Position numbers and translations under genes: made by a program. Positions 12,810-25,991 of a stretch of 64,000 bases of DNA are shown in pieces. How positions within the stretch are numbered: the first letter of the stretch is position 1; the number at the start of each line of letters is the position of its first letter. A model generated the notes under the pieces. That model saw only the letters and a list, made by a program, of their open reading frames with translations. It made no database searches and was not told the origin of the DNA. Origin of the DNA: Octopus sinensis (Eukaryota); NCBI RefSeq assembly GCF_006345805.1, contig NC_043000.1, positions 119,660,001 through 119,724,000 of the forward strand. The letters run 5' to 3'.

Positions 12810-13783
12810 TTAGCTCTATTGACCCTTTAGCATTCAGCCACCTGACTGGCTCCTGTGCTGGTCGCACGTAAAAATACCTCATTTGTGCATGACCAATGCC
12901 AGTACCTCCTGACTGACCACCATACTGGTGGCACATAAAAAGCTTCATTTGAGCGTGGCCAATGCCTGTGCCACCTGACTGGCTCCCATGCTGGTGGCAC
13001 GTAAAAAGCACCCCCACTGCACTCTCAGTGGTTGGCATTAGGAAGGACATCCATCTGTAGAAACCTTGCCAGATCAGATTGGAGCCTGGTGCAGCCTCCT
13101 GGCTTGCCAGTCCTCAGTCAAACCATCCAACCCATGCTAGCATGGAAAGCGGACATTAAGCGACGACGATGACAACGATGATAATGATGATGATGATCTC
13201 TGTTGAAATATGCTGCTTCTGTTTCTATTAATTTTGAAAATAATGAAGAATTTAATAAAACAACTTTTTCACAATTAACCCTTTTGATACCAACGCACCT
13301 GAGACCACTTTCGGTTCAGTGATACAAGCTTGCAATTTCAAAGTAATGAAATTTAATTTTTCCATCCAAATTTCATGTTAATATATGTGTGAAACAAGTC
13401 TGCAACCTGGCAGAATTGTTAACATGTTTATATATTCACATACTTTGGAATTAGTTCTGCATTGTCTTGTAGCTTCAAAATTTTGATGATGTGATTGTAT
13501 ATTTTTAGAATGACATTGTTGAGAAGATGTGAGAGCTTGGATCTGGTGATTTTTAGCATAAAACACATAGAATGTTGGGGCCACTTATGACCAGTTTAAA
13601 TGCTACTGAGTTAAGCTTTTCCTGTTCACTGATGTGAGCTTATTGGTGGGATATTAGCAATTCTAAATTAATTAGTCTCAAATGACTTAAATGTGATCAT
13701 TTTGGAATGAAACCTTTTTGATGATAAAAAGTGTTTTGGGATATTTTTGGTTGCTGTTACAGATTTAGAAATTTTTTAATTAT

Positions 13784-14038
13784 AATTGCAGCATGGAAGG
13801 TGTTTATAAGCCATTTAAGAAACACACAAAATCTGTTAGATTCACTTCAACATTTAAATTTAATTTGTCAAAATATTTTCGTTGCTCTGAGAACGCAACC
13901 TGTTCACTGACAAAATTCCGTGAACAGGCCGCGGTCTCAAAGTGACAAAAATATTTTGACAAATTTAAATGCTGAAGTGAATCTAACGGATTTTGTGTGT
14001 TTCTTAAATGGCTTATAAACACCTTCGACGCTGCAATT
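13784..14038. repeat. Long inverted repeat, about 120-bp arms with a ~12-nt spacer
   Basis: aattgcagcatggaaggtgtttataagccatttaagaaacacacaaaatc... is matched by ...gattttgtgtgtttcttaaatggcttataaacaccttcgacgctgcaatt. Confidence 0.9.
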
Positions 14039-14948
14039 GTTTTCGTTCCAGCACACGATCTCAGATCAGGTCACTTGCTATGCAAGTATATTTCTGTAAT
14101 GAAATTATTTAATTATTTGAAAATCTTCAGATTTGGTATATTGATGTAATATTTCATGCTGAATCCAAATTTGGGATTCTGTTTATTCCAGAAAAAATTT
14201 AGGAAAATGTTAGAGATTCAAAGTTAAATAAAGTGTCTTGCTCAAGGACACAACATACTGCCAATCAGAAAACAGGAATCAGAAGCTGGCATTTGCTGCA
14301 CCGTAGCTGTCTGTCAGAAAATGACTGAAAGCAATAAAGTGAAAGCAAATATAAAGACAACTTGTTTGTGGTGGTGGTGGTGGTGGTTGCAGTGGTGAAA
14401 GTATTACAGTTGCACACATACAGCGTCTTCCTTGTTACAATAAAAACAAGACAGACTACAGCTTTGCTTGTCGCTATGGAAACAGATTTACAGTCATGTT
14501 TATAACAGTGGCTTCTGGCTGGCTGAAATTAAAATTTGTAAACTTTAAAAGCTTTTTATTAATTGATTTTAAAATTAATAAAAAATTCTTTTAAAAAAAG
14601 AATTTAATTTTTGTAATTAGCTCACAAAACTAAATTGGTATACCAAATTAAAAAACAATTGGAACAAAATTGGAAAATAGAGCATGAAATCTGTGACCAC
14701 ATTTAATAAGTTTCCTGTTTTTTTTTTCTATCTTTTTGTTGTGATGGAAGGTACGTGGCTCAGTGGTTAGGGTATTTGGCTGATGATCTTAAGGTTGTGA
14801 GTTCGATTTCCGGTGGTGCATTGTATCCTTGAGCAAGACCCTTTATTTCATGTTGCCCCAGTCCACTCAGCTGGCGATAGTGAGTTGTACCTGTAATTCA
14901 AAGGGCCAGCCTTGTCACATTCTGTGTCACACCAAATCTCCCTGAGAA

Positions 14949-15370
14949 GGTGTAGGAGCGGCTGTGTGGTAAGTAGTTTGCTTATGAACCACGTGGTTCC
15001 GGGTTCAGTCCCACTGCGTGGCACCTTGGGGAAGTGTCTTCTATTATAGCCTCAGGCTGACCAACGCCTTGTGAGTGGATTTGGTAGATGGAAACTGAAA
15101 GAAGCCTGTCATACATATGTATGTATGTATGTATGCATGCATGCATGCATGTGTGTGTATATGTTTGTGTGTCTGTCTGTGTTTGTCCCCCCAACATTGC
15201 TTGACAACCGATGCTGGTGTGTTTACGTCCCTGTAACTTAGTGGTTCGGCAAAAAAGTCCGATAGAATAAGTACTAGGCTTACAAAAGATAAGTCCTGGG
15301 GTCAGTTTGCTCAACTAAAGGTGGTGCTCCAGCATGGCCACAGTCACATGACTGAAACAAGTAAAAGAGT
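14949..15370 (+). mobile_element. tRNA-derived CORE-like SINE with internal microsatellite; further copies at about 6607-6985, 31040-31415, 62408-63017 (plus) and 4660-5285, 44600-45005, 54815-55800, 60440-60860 (minus)
   Basis: Head ggctgtgtggtaag...gggttcagtccca, CORE-like ggcaccttgggcaagtgtctt, (TA)/(TG) linker, 3' end gactgaaacaagtaaaagag. Confidence 0.85.
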
Positions 15371-16579
15371 GTCTGGGGAGTGTTCAACCACATGTATGTT
15401 CATTTCATGAGCAGGTTCCTTCATTGGTCAGACCAACTGGAACCCTTGTCATCATAACTCACCAACTGCCAGACAGGGTCTCAGAGAGACTGTTGGGAAG
15501 TGGGGGATGCGGATGGGTGGAGGGATACTCAAACCAGAGACCTAGCCTGAATTCTGGGTAAATAGTGGAATCATTTAAAGGTACCTAAGGTGCCAAGTTG
15601 TGGTGTTAAACCAGGTACACTCGAGTAAGCCATGAAAGGCAAAGTCAACCTTCACAGAACTTGAACTCAGAACATAAAGACCAATGAATTATTGCTAAAC
15701 AGTTCTGTCTACTCATTATCCTTCCTAAAATATATAATCCTTTCTACTCTAGGCACAAGACCTGAAATTTTTTGGGGAAGGGGCCAGTAGATTAGATTGA
15801 TCCCAGTATGTAACTGGTACTTAATTTTTTTGACCCTGAAAAGATGCAAGGCAAAGTCAACCTTGGTGGATTTTGGAACTCAGAACATAAAGACAGACAA
15901 AATATCACTAAACATTTCGCCTGGTGTGCTAACATTTCTGCCCGCTCGCTGCCTTGCCTAAAATATATAATCTTTTCTACTCTAGGCACAAAGCCTGAAA
16001 TTTTTTGGGGAGCGGGGCCAGTTGATTACATCAACCTCTGTACGCAACTGGTACTTAATTTATCGACCCTGAAAAGATGAAGGCAAAGTCGACTCCGGTG
16101 GATTTTTATAAACTCAGAACGTATAGACAGACGAAATATTGCTAAGCATTTCACTCGGTGTGCTAACGTTTCTGCCAGCTCGCCGCCTTGCCTAAAATAT
16201 ATAATAATGACTGCTTGATAACAATATCTGTGGTTATAAGTAGTTGTTTCCATTATATTTTTCATATGTTCGTCTTGTACTTCTTAATGTTCAGACATTT
16301 TCAATTGGTAAATATTTTTAATATTCAAATGCTGACAGGTGACTATGGCATGTCTACTAAATAGCTTTAGATTCATATTGTCTTGAATCTTGTATTTTTT
16401 TCTCTTGGTGATTATCAAAAATAAAATGTAAAATGTTTTTTTGTTCAGAATTAATCTACTTTGATTAGGTGTAACTACACCTTGAGTATATTATGGTTTG
16501 AACTTTTGACCATATTCTCAAAAGTACTTCTCTGTAAACTCATCCTAGTATTTTTTCTTTTGATACTTTTGTGTGTGGC

Positions 16580-17878
16580 AGATGCACAGGTGCAATAAAC
16601 ACTGAAGATGTACAGAAAACAGAGTCCATTACATGCCAGGGGGTAGAAAACTAGAAGTAGTTGATGGTTTCAATTACCTAGGTGACCAAGTCTGTAGTGG
16701 GAGTAGAGGCTGTGAGAGCATAGCTGCTAGAATAAGAATAAGCTGGGCAAAGTTCAGAGAGCTCCTACTTCTGTTGGTAACAAAGGATCTCTTGCTCAGA
16801 GTAAAAGGTAGACTGTATGATACCTGTGTGCGAACAGCCTTGCTACATGGTAGTGAAACATGGCTGTGACTGCTGAGGACATGCGTAGGCTTGAAAGAAA
16901 TGAAGCTAGCATGATCCGCTGAATGTGTAATGTCAGTGTGCATGCAAGACAGAGTATAAGCGCCTTGAGAGAAAAATTGGATATAAGAAGCATTAGGTGT
17001 GGTGTGTAAGAGAGATGACTGCACTGGTATGGTCAGGTATTGAGTATGGATGAGGAGCTGTGTGAAAATGTGTCACACCACTAACAGTGGAGGGAACTTA
17101 TGGGAGGGTTAGAGCCAGGAAGACATGAGATGAGGTGATGGAGCATGTCCTTCAAATGTTGGGCTTCACAGAGGCAATGATAAGTGACTAAGACCTTTGG
17201 AGATGTGTTGTGCTTTAGAAAACCTGGCAAGCCAAGTGAGATCGTAGCTACGGCCAATGCCAGTGTCACATAACCGGCCCATTTAAATGTAGCCTTCAAT
17301 CATCAGGCAATATGCCATGCTTATGAAGACCTATTGAACCAAGTGAAATCGGAGTTCTGGCTGATGCCAGTGCTGCCTGATGCCAGTGCTGCCTGACTGG
17401 CACCTGTGCCAATGACATGTAAAAAGCACCATTTGAGTGTGACTGATGCCAGTGCCTCCTGACTGGTACCTGTGCTGGTGGCACATAAAAAGCACCATTC
17501 AAATGTTGCCAATGCCAGTGCCACCTGACTGGCTCCTGTGCTGGTCACACGTAAAAAAGCCTCATTTGTGCATGACCAATGCCAGTACCTCCTGACTGAC
17601 CCCCATACTGGTGGCACATAAAAAGCTTCATTTGAGCGTGGCCAATGCCTGTGCCACCTGACTGGCTCCCATGCTGGTGGCACGTAAAAAGCACCCCCAC
17701 TGCACTCTCAGTGGTTGGCATTAGGAAGGACATCCATCTGTAGAAACCTTGCCAGATCAGATTGGAGCCTGGTGCAGCCTCCTGGCTTGCCAGTCCTCAG
17801 TCAAACCATCCAACCCATGCTAGCATGGAAAGCGGACATTAAGCGACGACGATGACAACGGTGATAATGATGATGATT
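16580..17878 (+). mobile_element. RTE-clade LINE 3' portion: degenerate ORF end, hairpin-repeat 3' UTR, (GAT)n tail
   Basis: LEVVDGFNYLGDQV, ARIRISWAKFRELL, KGRLYDTCVRTALLHGSETW. UTR of ~60-bp modules ending ggcattaggaagg...aacccatgctagcatgg...gatgatgat. Confidence 0.88.
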
Positions 17879-19689
17879 ATCTCTGTTGAAATATGCTGCT
17901 TCTGTTTCTATTAATTTTGAAAATAAAGAAGAATTTAATAAAACAACTTTTTCACAATTAACCCTTTTGATACCAACGCACCTGAGACCACTTTTGGTTC
18001 AGTGATACAAGCTTGCAATTTCAAAGTAATAAAATTTAATTTTTCCATCCAAATTTCATGTTAATACATGTGTGAAACAAGTCTGCAACCTGGCAGAATT
18101 GTTAACATGGTGGACAAAATGCTTAGCAGGGTTTCATCTATCTTTATATATATATATATATATGTGTGTGTGTTTGTCCCCTCAACATCGCTTGACAACC
18201 GATGCTGGTGTGTTTACATCCCCATAACTTAGCAGTACAGCAAAAGAGACTGATAGAATAAGTACTAGGCTTACAAAGAATAAGTCCTGGAGTCAATTTG
18301 CTCGACTGAAGGCAGTGCTTCAGCATGGCCACAGTGAAATGACTGAAACAAGTAAAAGAGTAAAAGAGACTGTACGAAATAGCCTGATGTCTAATAAATC
18401 AGCTTTGAATCAGCAATGCCAAATAGTTGGCACCAAAACGTCTGTGCCAAAACATCTCATACTTTCTTCTTTTTCTGTTTTCCATTTCGAAAAAAGAAAA
18501 AAAAAATTGCTAAAACACAAATGAAAATCTTTTCGAGTGAAAAATATCTCCTGTAAATATCCTCAGCCAAGCTTGCTCAGAAGTTTTCCGATTAAAAGCC
18601 ATTGTTGGTGATTTGTTAAAAGAATTTTAGAATCACCCAACATCACATGTTAGAGAATCAGCTCAGATATTCCCTCCCAGAAGTCTTTCTTTTTCTCACA
18701 ACTACTGGTATGGTTCTATGGTTGGCTTAAAATTCCTTTTATTTTTACTGCTCTCTACCTTTCTATCTATCTCTTCCTCATCCTTTCTCTTTTTCTCTTA
18801 TTTCTCCTACTCTTTTTTCCTACTCCTTTATTTATCTCTACCTCTTCTACTCTCTCTTAACCCCCTCTCTCTTTTACAATTAATCTCTCTCTCCACTTTC
18901 TCAATTAAGCTTACTCCTTCCCTCCTTCTTCTGCTCTCTCTCTCTCCACTTTCTTATTTAAACTTACTCTCTCCTTACTACTCTCTCTTCCCCCCTCTTT
19001 TAACAATCAGCCTCTCTCCCTCCACTTTCTCATTCAAGTTTACTCTCTCCCCATTTCTTCTGCTCTCTTTTACCCCCACCTCTTACAATAAATCTATCTC
19101 ACTTCTCTTTCTCATTCAAGCTTACCCTCTCCCTACTTCTTCTCTCTCTCCTCCCTCTTTCTCTTTATCATTTAAGCTTACTTTATTTTCTTTCCAATTT
19201 TCATATCTGTATCCTTTTTTTCATCTTCTTTTACCTCATCTTTTTCTTTATATCTTATAGTAGAGACACAATGGCCCAGGGGTTAGGGCTCACGGTTGTA
19301 GGATTGCAGTTTCGATTCCCAGACCGGGAGTTGTGAGTGTTTATTGAGCAAAATCACCCAAAGCTCCATGAGGCTCCAGTAGGGATGGGTTGGTAGTGGC
19401 AAACCCTGCTGTACCCTTTCACCACAACTTTCTCTCACTATTTCTTCCTGTTTCTGTTGTACCTGTCTTTCAAAGGGGCCAGCCTTGTCACACTCTGTGT
19501 CACGCTGAATCTGCCTGGGAACTACGTTAAGGGCACACATGTCTGTGGAGTGCTCAGCCACTTGCACGTTAATTTTATGAGCAGGCTGTACCGTTGATCA
19601 CATCAACTGGAACCCTTGTTGTCATAACCAACGATGTGCCATAGTAGTATCTTATACTCTTTCAGTCACATTTTCCCTTCTTTCCTTCA

Positions 19690-20510
19690 TTCATCATCAT
19701 TTAACGTCTGCTTTCTATGCTAGCATGGGTTGGATGAATGACTGAGGGCTGGCGAACAAGATGGCTGCACCAGGCTTCAGTCTTGGTCTGGCAGAGTTTC
19801 TACAGCTAGATGCCCTTCCTAATGCCAACCACTCCAAGAGTGTAGTGGATGCTTTTACGTGCCACCGGCATGGGGCCAGTCAGACGGTACTGGAAATGAC
19901 CTTGCTTGAATCTTTTACACATGCCACCGGCACAGGTGCCAGTAAGGTGACACTGGTAACGATCACACTCGAATGGTGCTCTTTTAAGTGCCACTGGCAC
20001 AGAAGCCGGTTAGCCGCTCTGTCAATGATCACACTCGTATGGTGCTCTTTGCACCCCGCTAGCACGGATTGATTTTGATTTCACTTGCCTCAACAGGTCT
20101 TCACAAGCAGAGTTTTAGTGTCCAAAGAAGGAAAAGGTATGCATAAGTGGGATGGTAACGCCTCTGGCATTGGCCATGAGATTATGGTCTCATTTGGCTT
20201 GCCGGGTCTTCTCATGCATGGTATATTTCCAAAAGTCTCGGTCACTAGTCATATCCTTGGTGAGACCCAAAGTTTGAAGGTTGTGCTTCACCACTTCATC
20301 CCAGGTCTTCCTGGGGCTACCTCTTCCACAGGTTCCTTCAACCGCTAGGGTGTGGCACTTTTTCACACAGCTGTTCTCATCCATTCTTGCCACATGACCA
20401 TACCAGCGCAGTCGTCTCTCTTGCACACCACATCTGATGCTTCTTAGGTCCAACATTTCTCTCAAGGTACTTACACTCTGTCGAGTATGCACACTGACAT
20501 TACACATCCA
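19690..20510 (-). mobile_element. RTE LINE 3' end
   Basis: ORF 20190-20507: QERRLRWYGHVARMDE...GRGSPRKTWDEVVK...EKTRQAK*, followed by the same 3' UTR and (GAT)n tail. Confidence 0.9.
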
Positions 20511-22319
20511 TCATTGATTCTCTTTATTTGTTTCTTGCCTTATTACTTACATTTTTATTCCTCTTCCTCCACCCTGCCTTTAATACTCACCGCCTCCGCT
20601 CCTCTGTACACTTCTCTCCATCTTTCCTTCATATCCCTGCCCACCCCACAGCTTAATGTCACCAACACACCAAGAACTTAGATATAGACACTGTATCTTG
20701 CCTCAGACTACAAACAATATTCCCGTTATTGCTTATGAATCTGTTAAATTCTTGCTAGGTCTCGCAGAACAGCCAAATAAATTGAACACAGCTTCCCATT
20801 ATTGATGCTTGCTTTCATCTTTATTTCTACAATAGATAGATGTATATTTGAAATCATTGCTGATTTCCAACAACTTCTGGCAAAGACTGAATGAATATTA
20901 AAACATTTTTCTGCTGTCTTATCACAAACTTTTTTTTTTCCTGACCGTTAGTTGAGCTTTATAAAAATGCTGACCTATCTATAATCTCGATAAGCAACTA
21001 GCCATTTATCAGTATATATTTATATGTGATTTATGTATGTCTACGTGTAGAGATATATGTGTGTGCACACAATAATGGTAATAATAATGATGGTGATGAT
21101 GATAATGTGAATATGTATTTGCGTGTATATATGCTAATACACTTTATATGTTTATGTATAAGCGTGCCTTTATCTCTGTATTTGTATGCATGTATATATT
21201 CTGTAGTTGGAAGCGTATGTCAATGTATTGTACTTTTAAGCTTGTCAGTATATGTGAGCATGTAGTTTGTATGTGTGTGTTTATATGTGTTAATATATAT
21301 TATATGTTTATGTACAAGTGTGTCTTGTACTTCTGCATGATGTGTGTGTGTGTGTTGTATATGCATTGTGTGTGTGTGTTTATATGCGTTAATATATATT
21401 ATATGTGTATGTACAAATGTGTCTTATTCTTCTGTATGTGTGTGTGTGTTGTATATGCATTGTGTGTGTGTTTATATGCATTAATATATATTATATGTTT
21501 ATGTACAAGTGTGTCTTATACTTCTGTATGATGTGTGTGTGTATGCATGTGTGTGTGTATGTGTGTGTGTGTGTATATGTATTTGTATGTATATATGTAT
21601 TACAGGTTTCGAGGAATATGTTTTAAAGCATTGTTGTATTCAACTTTGTCAGTATGTGTATTACTTGATATATGAGTGTGTGTGTGTGTGTGTGTTCGTA
21701 TATATTAATATTCGTTATGTGTTTATGTATCAATTGGTATTAATATATTTCTTATGATGTTTTGTTTATATGTATGTTTATTTATGCCCTGTATCTGTAT
21801 ACATGTATTCTGGAAGATTATGCATTGTGCGAATCTGTATGTAATTGCCAGTATGTGTATGTATATGCCTTATCTGTATGCATGCATGTATGTGTGTGTG
21901 TGTGTGTGTAATGGGGGAGAGAGGTGATGGCAATGTTAAAATATAGGAATGTATGTAGAAAACCAAGTTTTGATTTATGTCTGTGTGTGAAAACTGTAAA
22001 TAAATAAACCTTTAAGAAAGGAAAAAGAAAAATGAAGAAACACATATATATATATATATATAGTTTTTTTTTCCTTAAAATTAAAATTTCTGTTTTGAAA
22101 TAAAAATATGGAAGGTTAGAATAAAATAAAAAGTGGCATCAAGAATTTGTAGATTTTTATAACCACACCATTACCAATGGAGATGACAACTCAAAAGCAG
22201 TAATAACTACTGTAACATTAAAAACATCACCACCACCACCACCACATTAAAAACATCATCATCATCATCACCACCATTTCGTGTTCACGGTCTATGCCAG
22301 CATGGGTTGGACAATTTAA

Positions 22320-22539
22320 CCCTTTCATAACCAACCCGGCTGAAACCGGCCTTGGCTCTGAATACAAATGTCTTGTTTTCATAAGTTTTGAATTAAAATC
22401 TTCCACGAAACCTTAGTCGCAATTTATGTTCCTAACACTAGCTTAATGATAACTAAGTTATTTTACTAAATTCTTTGTTATATTTAAAGTAATTAAAAGA
22501 AACACAGAGCATCTCAAAATAAATACAGTAATGAAAGGG
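22320..22539. mobile_element. piggyBac-type MITE family A
   Basis: TTAA on both sides, CCCTTTCAT/ATGAAAGGG terminal inverted repeats; interrupts an RTE-UTR fragment. Confidence 0.88.
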
Positions 22540-23949
22540 TTAACAGTCTCTGATGGGCCTGGGGTCTGCATCATGTTCCTCCAGCATCTGTTTTGGCATG
22601 GGTTCCATGGCTGGGTGCTCTTCCCAGTGCCAACTACTTTACTGCATGTACTGGGTGCCTTTTTAATGGCATCAGCACCAGCGAGGTTGCTGAGTAGCTT
22701 GTAAGACTATGAACTTGGAGGGGAAACATCTTTATGCAATGAGATGAAGAGAAGAGACAACCAACGTTGTTTCTTCTTTAAGAATAAATTTGGAAGCTGA
22801 GTCAATGGGGAGGAATTACAATTACATGAAATCTCCAAGTGGTTTCACCCTTGAGCATTTAAACTGACCATCATCATCATCATCATCGTTTAATGTCCGT
22901 TTTCCGTGCTAGCATGGGTTGGATTATTCGATCGGGGTCTGAGAAGCCAGGAGGCTGCACAAGGTTCAGTCTGATCTGGCAGAGTTTCTACAGCTGGATG
23001 CCCTTCCTAATGCCAACCACTCCATGAGTGTAGTGGGTGCTTTTTACGTGCCACCAGCACAGGTGCCAGGAGAGGCTGGCAGCGGCCATGATCGGTTGGT
23101 GCTTTTTACATGCCACTGGCACAGAAGCCAGTCAAGGCGGCACTGGCATATCTGGCCAAAATATTCTATCTGTTTCATAAGCAAACTGGCTATATCTGGC
23201 CCCTCACACTTACTCTACAATGTCATTCTAAAAATAAACTACCACATCAAACTCTTGAAATTACAAGATAATACATAATTAATCCAAGACAGTGCGAATA
23301 AATAAGCATTAGATTTAACAGGATAATGCGAAGGCTAAAGGGATAAATGTATGCAAGTCTCCAATATCCAAGTGGCTAAATAGTGTCAAAAGAAGGGCAC
23401 CCTGGACTCATGATCTGGTTGCAGCCTGCCCCAGTTTTTAGAGTGTAAGAAGTTAAGGGCCAAAATACTTGGTTGAGGTGGGTTTCTTCTCTGAAGACCT
23501 GTTGCTGTTCAGCTCTGTTGAGTTTCTTACCACAGAGAGGAAAAAGCCAGAGCAACAACAACAGTGGTAAGAATAAACGAATGAAAATAATGAAGGGGCC
23601 TCTACATGATCATCTGACTTGCTAGGAATAGCAACCAAATCTCCCTTGTCATCTACCATCTTTCAAAAATATCGAAAGAAATGTTGGATAATGTTGTCCT
23701 TGATATATATATAAAAAGGTGGGATGGTCATGGTTGAAACACATTTGATCATTAGTTTGCTGAGTCAGAGATGGCCTGGAGTTAAACAGCAATGACAGTG
23801 ATGACCAATTAAATAGACAATGCCAGCATCTTCTACAACAAGAAAGTGAACAAAATGGCAACATTGTAATCATTGTTACCTCCTGCCTGCTGTTACATCA
23901 GGATAATTATCATCATTACGTATCTTCTGCCTCCCATTTAGCATCATCG

Positions 23950-24330
23950 TCATTGTCATCATCATCATGCCTTGTCCTCCCCATCACCAGCATCACTATC
24001 ATCAGTGTCTCTCTTCTTTCTTACTGCTCTTCATCATCATCATCACCACCACCACTATCACCATCATCACCATTATCGTCATTGCAATCCCTATTGCCAT
24101 CATCATCATCACCACCATCAACATTGTTGTCAGTATCATCAACATTATCATCATCATCATTTTCATTATCGTCGTTGTCGCCGTCATTGTTGTCGTTGCC
24201 GTCATTGTCATCGTCGCTGTCATTTTCATCGTCGCTATGATTTTCGTCGTCGCCGTCATTTTCGTCGTCGCCGTCATTGTCGTCATCGCCGTCATTGTCG
24301 CCGTCATTGTCATCGCCATCGTCATCGAGA
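23950..24330. repeat. Degenerate (ATC)n/(GTC)n trinucleotide tract
   Basis: Produces overlapping low-complexity ORFs in several frames. Confidence 0.9.
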
Positions 24331-25955
24331 AACTCAGCTATAACTCTATGCATTTTTGCATGATTGATATATCAGAAGTCAAACACTAATAAGTCTTCTC
24401 CGGTCTCGCTGTTAGTGATATACTGTTTGTATGTATGTTGTCTTTAAGTAAGATCTGTAGACAGCTACATGCCTAAACATCTCCTCTGCATCGTGGGCAT
24501 ATCACACATCACATCACATATTTTCACTGAAAATTTTTGTTCCTTTACTTGAAAGAACAGGAATATAATCTTTGAAAGTTAAAATCAGTAAAAATAAATA
24601 AATCAATGTATAAATAATAAAAAAAGAAACCCTACAATTTCATTATTACAGTTTTGTACTGGATACGACCATATTAATATTTGAAAAGATAAATTGCTTT
24701 ATGTATGAAACTTAGCCTAACTACAGCTCATATTTCATTAGTGATTGCTTTCTCCACATGTCGCTTACACTTATTTTCAAAAATTCTGTGTTCTCTTTGG
24801 GTTTGTTTCATTAATAAAATGAAAGCATCTGAGAAGTCGGTTGCTTTGTGATTTTTACAAAGCTACGTACGAGTCAGATTATTAATCGATAATAACGAAA
24901 CTGAGGAATAAAGCAAAGAAGTAAGACTGCGTTTGATGTGCGTCTGCCTTCATTTTTTTACTTTGGTGGTTTAATTGGAAGACATTGGAAGAAAGACATG
25001 TTTGACCCAGTATTATTAACACAAATGAAAAACACCCAGACATTTGTGACGGATATGGAAGCATGTTTCAGACACCCAACGCTATGTAAAAAGCACCGAG
25101 GCTACTCTGTAAAGTGGTTGGCATTAGGAAGGACATCCAGCTGTAAAAACCATGCCAAAACAGACATCGCTGGTGCTGGTGCCATGTAAGAACCACTTGG
25201 AATATTTTGTAAGGTGGTTGGCATTAGGAAAGGCATTCAACTGTAAAAACCATGCAAAACAGATAGCGAAGCCTGGTGCAGTCTTCTGGTTTGCCAGCAC
25301 CTGTCAAACTATCTAACCCATGTCAGATTGGAAACAAATGTTAAATGATGATATGTGTGTGTGTGCATGCTTATTAATGTATGTATACCATGTTATTGCA
25401 GTATCGACCAGGCTATTGGATGTTGTTATATCTTTTCTACTCTAAGCACAAGGCCCGAAATTTTTGGGGAGTGGGGGTGGGGCCCAGTCGATTAGATTGA
25501 CCCCAGTATGCAACTGGTACTTAATTTATTGGCCCTGAAAGGATTAAAGACGAAGTTGACCTCGGTGGAATTTGAACTTTGAACGTAAAGACAGAGGAAA
25601 TACCGCTAAGCATTTCGCCTGATGTGCTAAAGTTTCTGCCAACTCGCCGTCTTTTGATGTTGTTATATATCGCTGGTCACAATGTGCTTCACATTGTTTT
25701 ATCTTCGAGTGATGCCACCTTGATGGCTAGCTGAGCAGGCCAACATGACTCCCTATTGGAAGGCTAATCCATCATAAGGTCACTTATATACTGCTGAGTG
25801 GACAGGAACAACTTGAAATGAGGTATTTTGCTCAAGAACACAATGCACTGCTTGCTCTGGGAATTGAACCCATGATTTAGTGATCATAAGTGCAATACCC
25901 TAACCACTAGGCCACGTTTGTGTATTGTTTGATATGTACATGTGTGTATGTACAC

Positions 25956-25987
<32 letters not shown>

Positions 25988-25991
<4 letters not shown>

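Noticed and set aside
18718-19260. 180-aa Leu/Ser/Phe-rich ORF resembling a membrane protein
   Set aside because: Translation of a CT-rich low-complexity tract.
23953-24389. His/Arg-rich, Asp-rich and Ser-rich ORFs
   Set aside because: Translations of a trinucleotide microsatellite in several frames; no splice or homology support.
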